Assembly: GCA_041739995.1 (NCBI GenBank)
Contig: JBGSMV010000071.1
Span: 1-15,876 of the forward strand
Reading direction: 5' to 3'
DNA from: Bdellovibrionota bacterium
Lineage (GTDB): Bacteria; Bdellovibrionota_C; UBA2361; JBGSMV01
Length of the DNA: 15,876 bases
Of this stretch, positions 8,013 through 15,746 are shown piece after piece. Position 1 is the stretch's first letter, and each line of letters opens with the position of its first letter. Both the position numbers and the translations under genes were made by a program. The notes beneath the pieces were generated by a model. The model had not been told where the DNA came from and did not search any database. It saw only the letters and a list, made by a program, of their open reading frames with translations.

Positions 8013-10463
8013 TTACTTGCCTTGATACGCCAAGAGTCGCAGCGCATTAAGGACCACGAGAAGCGTTGAACCTTCGTGGAGGAATACAGCGGGGCCTAAT
8101 CTCAGTCCGAAGATGGTCGCTGGAACCAGAAAAACTACCATACCGAGACTTAACCAGAGATTTTGACGAATGATGCGGCTCGTTTGTCGGCTAAGACCGA
8201 CGGCGAAGGGAAGGTGATTTAGATCATCAGCCATAAGAGCCACGTCAGCGGTTTCTAATGCAACATCTGAACCCGCAGCACCCATCGCAATCCCGACCGT
8301 CGCGTTCGCCATCGCAGGCGCGTCGTTCACGCCATCGCCCACCATCGCAACGCCTCCTTCCTTGTTTAGCTTCCTGATCGCCGAGACTTTATCATCGGGC
8401 ATTAAATCGCCCAACGCTTCATCGATACCGACGGCTTTGGCTACCGCATTGGCAACCTGTTGGTTGTCGCCCGAGAGCATGATCATTCTCCTAATGCCAA
8501 GCGCCCGTAGGCGGATAATCACACCCTTGGCTGCGTCTCGCGGTGTGTCCATTAACCCGAGCACACCAAGGTAGGTATCACCACGGCGGACGATCATTAT
8601 TGTTCTCCCAAGCGCTTTAAGTTTCTCGACAGATTCGCGTAAGGCATCCGGTGGTGGCGGGCCCTCCACTTCCGTGAATAGGCTGTCTTTACCAATATAA
8701 ACCCGCTGACCATCGACTGTGGCTAGAACCCCCCGTCCGGTAACACTTTGCATGTCGTGCGCTTGCAGAACTGAATCGCTCTTCAGCCGTTCCTTGGCGC
8801 CTCGAACTACGGCTGCGGCCAGTGGATGATCACTTTGAGCTTCTACAGCGACCGCAACCTTCAACAATTCCACTTCAGTGACGCTATCGAACTTGATTAC
8901 ATCGGTAAGTCGTGGCTTTCCTTCAGTCAATGTACCAGTCTTATCAAATGCAATCGCCCCCAGCCGCCCTAAGTTTTCAAGCGGCGCGCCGCCTTTCACT
9001 AGTACGCCCCCGCGAGCTGCGCGAGCTACTCCGCTAAGTACGGCGCTGGGGGTTGAGATAGCCAATGCACAGGGGCTTGCCGCAACTAATACCGCCATTG
9101 CGCGATAGAACGACTGGCTAAACGGCTCGTCGATAATCGCCCAGGCAAACAGCAGCAGAACGACCAACCCCAGCACCGCAGGCACAAAATATCGCTCGAA
9201 CCTATCGGTGAAATGTTGCGTCGGAGACTTTTGCGTTTCAGCCTCGCTCACCATTTTGACCACACGGGCGAGCGTGGAGTCACGAGCAAGCTTTGTGACC
9301 TGAATTTCCAGTGAGCCACTACCGTTAATCGTGCCGGCAAAGACCCGATGTTGCGCATCGAGCCGGTCCGGATTCGTTGCGGCCTTAGGTAAATCGTCAA
9401 CGGGACGCTTGTCGACCGGAACGCTTTCCCCTGTGATCGGGGCCTGATCGACGACGCTTTCTCCCTTAATCACAAACCCATCGGCGGGAATACGCTCGTT
9501 CGGTTTAATCACCACCACATCCCCTAGCCGAAGCTGCTCCACGGGCACTTCTTTTGTCTCTTTCCCACGCCGGACTATCGCGGTTTGGGGTGCTAGCTCA
9601 GCGAGTGCTTCAATCGCCCGCTTTGCGCGGCCCATTGCGTAATGTTCCAACGAGTGTCCAATACTGAATAGAAACAAGAGCAGAGCACCTTCAGCCCATT
9701 CTCCGAGTGTAGCAGCGCCAATCGCAGCCACTAGCATCAAGAAGTCGATCTCAAAACGGCCAACACGGATGCTAGCGACCACTTCGCGAAGCGTGAAATA
9801 TCCGCCGAAAATGTAAGCGGCCAGATAGAAACTCCATGGTATCCACGGCGTGATGTTAGAGCGCCATGATACGAGCCAGCCGATAACCAGTAGCCCGCCG
9901 CAAAGCACTGCGAAAAGCAGTTCCGTTCGCTCCCCCAATAGGTCTCCGTGGTTCTGCTCTTTAGCGACCGCCTTAGGCCCAGCTTCGTAGGCAACTGATG
10001 GCTGAGGTGCGATCGTCTTTTCGGCAAAACGCACGCCGAATTTTCGCAGCTCCGCTCGAATGCTTTCGTCGTCGGTCGCCTCACGATCAAACTCAAGACG
10101 CACTACGCCAGCGGGCGACACTGCGGCATCCAGCACCCCCCGTATCTTTCTCGCTCGTGCTTCAACCGTGAGCGCCTGTGCAGCGAACATGGTTTCCGAG
10201 GTGACCAATAAATGACCAAATCGATCGTCGAGTTCCGCCCCAGCTCGTTCGGCCAAATCTCGAACTTCTCCAATCGAAAGTCGATTGGGATCAAAGTGAA
10301 TACAGATTGCTTCGTGGCCGTTGGCCTCGGTCTTAGCAAGATGGGCTTTCTCAATTCCTTTCTTCGCACTTAGTAATTCACTAAGTCGCTTAACGCACGC
10401 GTCACGAGCGTCTGGCACCGTCGGCAATAGTAAGGCGATATCAATCTTTGTTCTCTCAGGCAT
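8013..10463 (-). CDS. Heavy-metal P1B-type ATPase, P1B-4 subgroup (Co/Zn/Fe/Cd candidate substrates)
   Basis: TGES, SPC in the transmembrane metal site, DKTGT, HP, GDGVNDAP and HEGST motifs. Start overlaps the upstream stop by 8 bp. Confidence 0.95.
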   Translation of the reverse strand: MPERTKIDIALLLPTVPDARDACVKRLSELLSAKKGIEKAHLAKTEANGHEAICIHFDPNRLSIGEVRDLAERAGAELDDRFGHLLVTSETMFAAQALTVEARARKIRGVLDAAVSPAGVVRLEFDREATDDESIRAELRKFGVRFAEKTIAPQPSVAYEAGPKAVAKEQNHGDLLGERTELLFAVLCGGLLVIGWLVSWRSNITPWIPWSFYLAAYIFGGYFTLREVVASIRVGRFEIDFLMLVAAIGAATLGEWAEGALLLFLFSIGHSLEHYAMGRAKRAIEALAELAPQTAIVRRGKETKEVPVEQLRLGDVVVIKPNERIPADGFVIKGESVVDQAPITGESVPVDKRPVDDLPKAATNPDRLDAQHRVFAGTINGSGSLEIQVTKLARDSTLARVVKMVSEAETQKSPTQHFTDRFERYFVPAVLGLVVLLLFAWAIIDEPFSQSFYRAMAVLVAASPCALAISTPSAVLSGVARAARGGVLVKGGAPLENLGRLGAIAFDKTGTLTEGKPRLTDVIKFDSVTEVELLKVAVAVEAQSDHPLAAAVVRGAKERLKSDSVLQAHDMQSVTGRGVLATVDGQRVYIGKDSLFTEVEGPPPPDALRESVEKLKALGRTIMIVRRGDTYLGVLGLMDTPRDAAKGVIIRLRALGIRRMIMLSGDNQQVANAVAKAVGIDEALGDLMPDDKVSAIRKLNKEGGVAMVGDGVNDAPAMANATVGIAMGAAGSDVALETADVALMADDLNHLPFAVGLSRQTSRIIRQNLWLSLGMVVFLVPATIFGLRLGPAVFLHEGSTLLVVLNALRLLAYQGK

Positions 10464-12138
10464 TCTTTTTTACTCGATCATTCAGATCTTCAATCGCGGG
10501 ATTAAATAGCTTGTAGGTCTTATAGCCACCACTCACGTTTACGGCAGAATAGCCCATCTGCATCAGAATTCGGGTCGCTAAGTAGCCGCGCTGCCCGACT
10601 TGGCAATAGGAAGCAATCTTGCGGTCGGTTGGCAATTCTTTAAGGCGCGATCGTAGTTCGTCGATCGGCATGTTAACTGCACCTGGGATGTGCCCCGAAG
10701 CAAATTCCTGCGGTGTGCGAACATCCAAAAGAAACGGTCGATCGGCAACAGGAGCTGCAAATAGGGTTTCGACATCGACCTGGGGATGATCTCCACGCAA
10801 CAAGCCGCCCGCAACAAAGCCCGCCATATTTATCGGGTCTTTTGCCGAACCGTACTGCGGCGCGTAGGCGAGTTCCATCTCTTCTAGGTCGAAAACAGTC
10901 ATACCGGCTTGAATCGCAACGGAGAGAATATCGATTCGCTTATCCACGCCAGTCCCGCCCACGGCCTGCGCCCCCAGAACGTGACCCGTTGTCGGATCAA
11001 AGAGCAGCTTCAGTATCATCACTTCGGCACCGGGGTAGTACCCAGCGTGATGCGCCGGATGGACGTAAACCTTGTTAAATGCCCGCTTAGCTCGCCGCAG
11101 GATTTTCTCAGAAGCCCCTGTCATCGCGGCCGTGCGGTCGAACACTCCGACGATAGCGGTTCCCTGTGTTCCCCGATACTTTGACGACCGCCCGAAGACG
11201 TTGTCGGCAGCGATTCGTCCTTGTCGATTTGCAGGTCCAGCAAGAGGAATCTGAGTCGGCTCGCCCGACAAAACGTCCTTGACCTCAATCGCGTCACCAA
11301 CCGCATAGATACACGCGTCGCTAGTTTGCAGAAATTCGTTAACCCGGATCCCACCACCGCGCCCTACCTCGAGGCCCGCGTCGACTGCAAGCTTACTTTC
11401 CGGGTGTACCCCCACTCCGAAGATGACAAGTTGGGCAGGGAGTCGTCGACCTGAATTCAAGCAGGCGACCAATCCCTCGGAGGTTTCCTCCAACGCTTCG
11501 GCAGTTTGTCCGAGAAGTAATGTGACGCCTTTGTTCGCCAATTCGTGAACTAGCGGTGTAACCATCTCCTTATCGAACGGTGTAAGAATCTGCTCACTCC
11601 TCTCGACCACCGTGGTTGCAATGCCGCGTCTAACAAAATTTTCCGCGAGTTCGAGATTTATGAAGCCACCTCCCAAGAGTACGGCCTGCTTCACGCCATG
11701 TGCCACTCGCGCCATTATTCGGTCAGTATCTTGTAAGTCTCGCAGCGTAAACACGCCGGGCAAGTTAACACCGGGAATTGACGGGCGTACCGGAGCCGCG
11801 CCTGTTGCGAGGATTAGCTTGTCATAAGATTCGACGTAATCCTTTCCGGACGCTAGGTCACGAACACGAACAGTCTTTGCAGTGCGATCGATAACTTCAA
11901 CAGACGACCGAATTCGCAAGTCGAGTCTAAAACGCGCGCGCAACAATTCGGGCTTCGTGACGAGCAGTTTTTCTCTCTCTGAAATTTCGCCGCCGATGTA
12001 ATAAGGAAGCCCACAGTTCGCGAAGGATACATCCGGCCCCCGCTCAAACAGCACGATTTGCGCGTCCTCCGAGAGACGCCGCGCCCGAGCGGCAGCCGAA
12101 GCACCTCCGGCCACGCCGCCAATTATTACTAATTTCAC
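10456..12138 (-). CDS. CoA-disulfide/persulfide reductase with C-terminal rhodanese domain (CoADR-RHD/Npsr-like)
   Basis: GGVAGG FAD motif, SFANCG redox Cys, GGGFI NAD(P)H motif, YAPQY, rhodanese LDVRTPQEF...GHIPGA...YCQVGQRG; GTG start with AGGAG SD. Confidence 0.92.
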   Translation of the reverse strand: MKLVIIGGVAGGASAAARARRLSEDAQIVLFERGPDVSFANCGLPYYIGGEISEREKLLVTKPELLRARFRLDLRIRSSVEVIDRTAKTVRVRDLASGKDYVESYDKLILATGAAPVRPSIPGVNLPGVFTLRDLQDTDRIMARVAHGVKQAVLLGGGFINLELAENFVRRGIATTVVERSEQILTPFDKEMVTPLVHELANKGVTLLLGQTAEALEETSEGLVACLNSGRRLPAQLVIFGVGVHPESKLAVDAGLEVGRGGGIRVNEFLQTSDACIYAVGDAIEVKDVLSGEPTQIPLAGPANRQGRIAADNVFGRSSKYRGTQGTAIVGVFDRTAAMTGASEKILRRAKRAFNKVYVHPAHHAGYYPGAEVMILKLLFDPTTGHVLGAQAVGGTGVDKRIDILSVAIQAGMTVFDLEEMELAYAPQYGSAKDPINMAGFVAGGLLRGDHPQVDVETLFAAPVADRPFLLDVRTPQEFASGHIPGAVNMPIDELRSRLKELPTDRKIASYCQVGQRGYLATRILMQMGYSAVNVSGGYKTYKLFNPAIEDLNDRVKKNA

Positions 12139-12252
12139 AATGAGGACTCCTTTTGTGTGGGCGAGGTGTGACTACGGACAGCTCCACGTCAGTTCACGTG
12201 ACCTATCAGAAGAGTGTTGAGAGTTCCACTCGTTGTTCGAATTTATTCTCGC

Positions 12253-12258
12253 ATTATA
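12253..12258 (-). promoter_or_regulatory. Candidate -10 box for the reductase-ATPase operon
   Basis: Perfect TATAAT about 115 bp upstream of the start; no convincing -35. Confidence 0.35.
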
Positions 12259-12300
12259 TCTTACCACCAGAATCTCTCCGGTTAGGCTGACTAACATCAC

Positions 12301-12573
12301 TCAGCGGTGCAATGCCCAGTAGGCATCCGCCTCAGCCTCAAGCCGCTCCAGCCGCGTGTAGTAATCCGGGAACTCTTTGAGATGTGCCCACGCAATCTTT
12401 CCGGTTAACACGACATCATCATTAGTGACATTTGTCGCAGGGTCGTGGGTGCCGTGCTCGAACTCCACCTCAAGTCCGCGCCGGAACTGGTCGGGGTCTA
12501 TTTTGGCCCAATCGATACCTAGCTTGCTGCCAATTTGCTCAGCTTCATCGGTCGTGATCTTTCGCTTGTTCAT
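12301..12573 (-). CDS. DUF5661 family protein
   Basis: GLEVEFEHG...TGKIAWAHLKEFPDYYTRL. ATG at 12573 avoids overlap with the dehydrogenase. Confidence 0.8.
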   Translation of the reverse strand: MNKRKITTDEAEQIGSKLGIDWAKIDPDQFRRGLEVEFEHGTHDPATNVTNDDVVLTGKIAWAHLKEFPDYYTRLERLEAEADAYWALHR

Positions 12574-12598
12574 AAAAAACTCGCAGTAGTTTAAAATA

Positions 12599-13672
12599 TT
12601 ATCCAAATGAGATTAGCGGTTTGATCATTCCATCCTCTTTGGTCTGCATCATCTTGAACGCCTTTTCGATATCTTTGAACTCGAAACGGTGGGTTGTGAG
12701 CGCGAGGGGATCCACGCGCTCCTTCCTAATCAGTCGCATTAAGCGACCCATACGTTCGGAGCCGCCCGGACACAAACCTGTTCGGATTGTCTTGTCACTC
12801 ATGCCCACACCCCAGGCCTCGCGCGGAATTGGCACATTGTCCCCATCGCCATGATAGCCGATGTTAGAAATTGTTCCGCCCGGGCGCGTCACGCTTACGC
12901 ATGCTTCAAAAGTTTGTGCTGCGCCCAAGGCCTCAATAGACGAATCCACTCCCTTGCCGTCCGTGAGTTTCATAATCGCCAAGACGGGGTCCTCATCAGC
13001 GAAGTTCACGACCACGTCGCAGCCATACTTCTTCGCCAGTGCGATACGATTCGGCATGGACTCAACACCGATGATGAGGCCCGCACCTCGTAATCTAGCT
13101 CCAACCGTTGCCATCAACCCTACTGGCCCTTGCGAGAAAATCGCGACGCTGCCGCCAATCGGTATATTGGCGTGCTCCGCTGCCACAAATCCTGTCGAGA
13201 GCATGTCGCAGCAGTAAGCGGCCTGTTCGTCGGAGAGTTCGTCTGGAATGGGGGCGAGGTTAGCGATCGCGTTATTGACGTGAAAGTATTCGGCAAAGCT
13301 GCCATCTTTCAGGTTCGCGAACTTCCAACCACCAAGCATCCCACCACACTGACTCGAATAACCTCGCTGGCAATTGTCACACTCAAAACACGGTGTAATG
13401 GCGTTTACCGCAACACGCTGGCCAATTTTAAACAGACCACTACCGGCAGCTACTTCTCCAAGCTCGTGGATTACACCGACAGCCTCATGCCCGAGCGTCA
13501 GATTCTGGCGCTCACCAATGGCGCCAGCCACGGTGTGAATATCGGAGGTGCAGACAAGAGCAGCGGTCGTGCGAATGATTGCGTCGTTCGGTCCCGGGAG
13601 CGGAATCGGCTTATCCATCACGCCGACCCGTCCGATACCGCGCATCACAAAACATTGCATTCTACTGGACAT
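12599..13672 (-). CDS. Zinc-dependent (MDR) alcohol dehydrogenase, similar to NAD(P)-dependent secondary/isopropanol dehydrogenases
   Basis: CTSDIH, GHEAVG, CFECDNCQRGYSSQC structural Zn site, QGPVG nucleotide-binding loop. Confidence 0.92.
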   Translation of the reverse strand: MSSRMQCFVMRGIGRVGVMDKPIPLPGPNDAIIRTTAALVCTSDIHTVAGAIGERQNLTLGHEAVGVIHELGEVAAGSGLFKIGQRVAVNAITPCFECDNCQRGYSSQCGGMLGGWKFANLKDGSFAEYFHVNNAIANLAPIPDELSDEQAAYCCDMLSTGFVAAEHANIPIGGSVAIFSQGPVGLMATVGARLRGAGLIIGVESMPNRIALAKKYGCDVVVNFADEDPVLAIMKLTDGKGVDSSIEALGAAQTFEACVSVTRPGGTISNIGYHGDGDNVPIPREAWGVGMSDKTIRTGLCPGGSERMGRLMRLIRKERVDPLALTTHRFEFKDIEKAFKMMQTKEDGMIKPLISFG

Positions 13673-14031
13673 AGTCTATCGCTCCCACTCATTTGAGCCC
13701 TGGTCTTTTCGACAGTTACCTTTCGTACTTTAGTATTAAGCAGCTCTTCTGGGTGAGATGGTCATGATGCTCATCATATGCTCCCCCATCAAATGAGCAC
13801 AGCGCACCTGGCGGTGTATTTTCCAGCGCGGTGAGCGGCGTACGGGAAGTCCAGGACTTTAGATGTCGATTTGACGCAGCGCTTCGCCCGGAGCCGAGTT
13901 CCTGCCACGACGCTATCTGAGCTATTTTTCCCCAATGTAAATCGATTTCTGGTGCATGAATAAACCTTGGAAGTATCGCCCACACGGCAGTCTGTCCTTG
14001 TAAACTTTGGTCGTGAAGAGGGGCTGCTCCT

Positions 14032-14060
14032 GCCCGCCAAAGCTTCAGCGACGGCGGACT
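14032..14060. repeat. Single type B REP-like palindrome
   Basis: GCCCGCCAAAGCTTCAGCGACGGCGGACT is nearly identical to the right arm of the insert at 15454-15528. Confidence 0.8.
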
Positions 14061-14076
14061 CTTGTAGCCTTCTTGG

Positions 14077-14155
14077 CTACGGAAATTCCCGCTATCCGAA
14101 AATCTCCGCAAGCAATCACAACACCTGTCAACAACCTACAACACCCTACAACAAA
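14077..14155. repeat. Opposite att-arm-like region
   Basis: TACGGAAAT at 14078 matches the TTTACGGAAA motif; four CAACA units at 10-bp spacing (14116-14155) are the reverse complement of the TGTTGTAGGG units. Confidence 0.7.
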
Positions 14156-14214
14156 CGGCTTCCGCCGCTAAACTTCCAAGTGCCCGGAATCAGGAGTGGG
14201 ACGCATGACTTTAA

Positions 14215-14266
14215 TGCCCAGGGCGGGACTTGAACCCGCACGGCTGTTAACCCCAGGATTTTAAGT
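14215..14266 (-). other. 3' half of tRNA-Leu(UAA): att identity block
   Basis: ACTTAAAATCCTGGGGTTAACAGCCGTGCGGGTTCAAGTCCCGCCCTGGGCA matches the tRNA at 2842-2978 from the anticodon loop onward and has no insert; the 5' half is absent. Confidence 0.9.
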
Positions 14267-14392
14267 TCGACGGGTACAATACCGGTCGACACCCTTCAAC
14301 GTCCTTCAACTAGATATTCTCGCCACTTAGCACGAACAACTTGTTGAGGGGTGTTGTAGGGTATTGAAGCTGTTTACGTAAAATTTACGGAA
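14259..14392 (+). repeat. att-arm-like repeat, copy 3
   Basis: Near-identical to 2999-3142 but has three rather than four 10-bp units. Confidence 0.9.
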
Positions 14393-14634
14393 ATTTTGAA
14401 CCCCTCGACGCCCCCCTTCCTGCTCCACCTAGGCAACTTTCCGCTGCAATTACCGATTATGTTAGGTGTTGCAGTGTCGCCGCTGGGAGAGCACCAAGAA
14501 CTCGCTCCAGCATTATCGCCGAAGAACTCCAGAGCAGACGCAGCTCTACCGCGTCGTCTATCACGGACGAGACGAGCTATCTCGGGTCTGGGAAGAGCGC
14601 TTTCAGCAAACCTATGGCGTTCTTCGTGACGAGG

Positions 14635-14687
14635 CTTCGGCCGTGAGCTACCCTCGGCCTGAGCTCGGGTCGAAGGCAGCCGAACGG
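14635..14687 (+). mobile_element. Type A nested palindromic mini-insert (53 bp), frameshifting
   Basis: Removal joins GAG G|TC (Glu-Val) and restores the frame; identical to 15628-15680. Confidence 0.9.
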
Positions 14688-14830
14688 TCTTAACGACGTT
14701 CGATGAGTATCTCAATTGCGGACTGCTCGCGCACGGGGCGGCGCGAGTCTATTGCGATACCTGCAAGCATTCGTTACTCGTGGCATTTTCATGCAAAAAG
14801 CGCGGGATTTGCCCGAGCTGTGGCGCGAAG

Positions 14831-14898
14831 TCCGTCTTCGCATAAAGCTACGCCGGGACTGACTATTAGACCACGCCGTAGCATTTTGCGTAGGCGGG
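14831..14898. mobile_element. Type B REPIN-like doublet insert (68 bp), frameshifting
   Basis: About 25-bp inverted arms TCCGTCTTCGCATAAAGCTACGCCG and CGCCGTAGCATTTTGCGTAGGCGGG; removal joins AAG|CGC (CGAK-RAVKF). Confidence 0.85.
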
Positions 14899-15453
14899 CG
14901 CGCCGTGAAGTTCGGTGAACATCTCTACGATTCAGTCCTTGAGAAGGTGCCGCATCGGCACTGCGGCTTTACGCTCCCAAAGCGCCTACGAGTGTATTTT
15001 AGGTACGACCGGAGCCTGAACAATATTCTCTTTCAGGCGGCAGCTACCGCCGTGCATTCAGTGCTTGGCTCAGATACCAAAAGCACCGCACTTGTCCTCA
15101 CCGTGCAGACTGCCGGTGAGGCACTTAACTTCAATCCACATCTGCACGGGTTACTTGCCGATGGGACATTCGAAGCATCTGGAAAATTCACCCCTCTTGC
15201 TGCCATAGACATCGAGGCTCTCACCTGCCACTTCGAAAACGAGGTGCTCGCGAAACTCATCACCCGGGGACTCATCACCGATGACGAGGTTGCCCAGATT
15301 CTTGCCCAAGAGCATTCGGGCTTCGGTGCCTGGGTCGGAGAACCATTCGAGGAGGCGGACCGTACAAAATTCGTCGCACGCTACATCGAACGGGGTCCGA
15401 TCTCGCTAGAGAAGCTGACAATCCAGGATGATATAATTACCTACACCACCAAG

Positions 15454-15528
15454 TCCGACTTCGCTAAAGCTGCGTCGGGACACCGCCGTTGCATGGGAGG
15501 ACCACGCCAAAGCTTCAGCGGCGGCGGG
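15454..15528. mobile_element. Type B REPIN-like doublet insert (75 bp), in frame
   Basis: TCCGACTTCGCTAAAGCTGCGTCGGGAC-spacer-GACCACGCCAAAGCTTCAGCGGCGGCGGG after AAG; adds 25 aa SDFAKAASGHRRCMGGPRQSFSGGG. Confidence 0.85.
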
Positions 15529-15627
15529 GACGAGCGCGCTCATGAATTCGATGCCATGGAGTTTCTCGCACTCCTGTCCTGTCATATTCCGAAACCATAC
15601 GAATGTATCACTCGATACTACGGCTGG

Positions 15628-15680
15628 CTTCGGCCGTGAGCTACCCTCGGCCTGAGCTCGGGTCGAAGGCAGCCGAACGG
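15628..15680 (+). mobile_element. Type A nested palindromic mini-insert (53 bp), introduces a stop
   Basis: Removal joins TGG|TAC, giving the conserved RYYGWYS. Confidence 0.9.
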
Positions 15681-15730
15681 TACTCGTGCAGGGCGAGAGG
15701 GGAGAGAAAAAAGCGCATTCCCGTTCAAGA

Positions 15731-15746
15731 CTCCCCTCCCCTCCCC
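15731..15746 (+). repeat. (CTCCC)3 tandem repeat causing a frameshift in the transposase
   Basis: Three units give TAG at 15747; two units put the WAQCFKRIYEINPLECPRC C-terminus in frame. Confidence 0.7.

Larger units (their letters stand above)
2999..14265. mobile_element. Putative 11.3-kb integrative island lacking its own integrase (arsenic/metal resistance cargo)
   Basis: Bounded by direct TTTTAAG cores, with arm-like repeats at the left end and inverted arm-like repeats plus the tRNA 3' half at the right end. No recombinase ORF inside. Confidence 0.7.

Noticed and set aside
3347..13733. Numerous short overlapping ORFs within arsA, the ATPase, the reductase and the dehydrogenase
   Set aside because: Shadow frames of well-supported genes.
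13716..14233. ORFs 13716-14111, 13789-14040, 13967-14233 and a 13-aa peptide MMSIMTISPRRAA with an SD
   Set aside because: No recognisable domains; the long ORFs overlap REP and att sequence, and the short peptide has no support beyond the SD.
14631..15683. Translational bypassing over the hairpin inserts
   Set aside because: No matched take-off and landing codons (TGG/CGG, AAG/GGG), and three bypasses plus a frameshift would be required.
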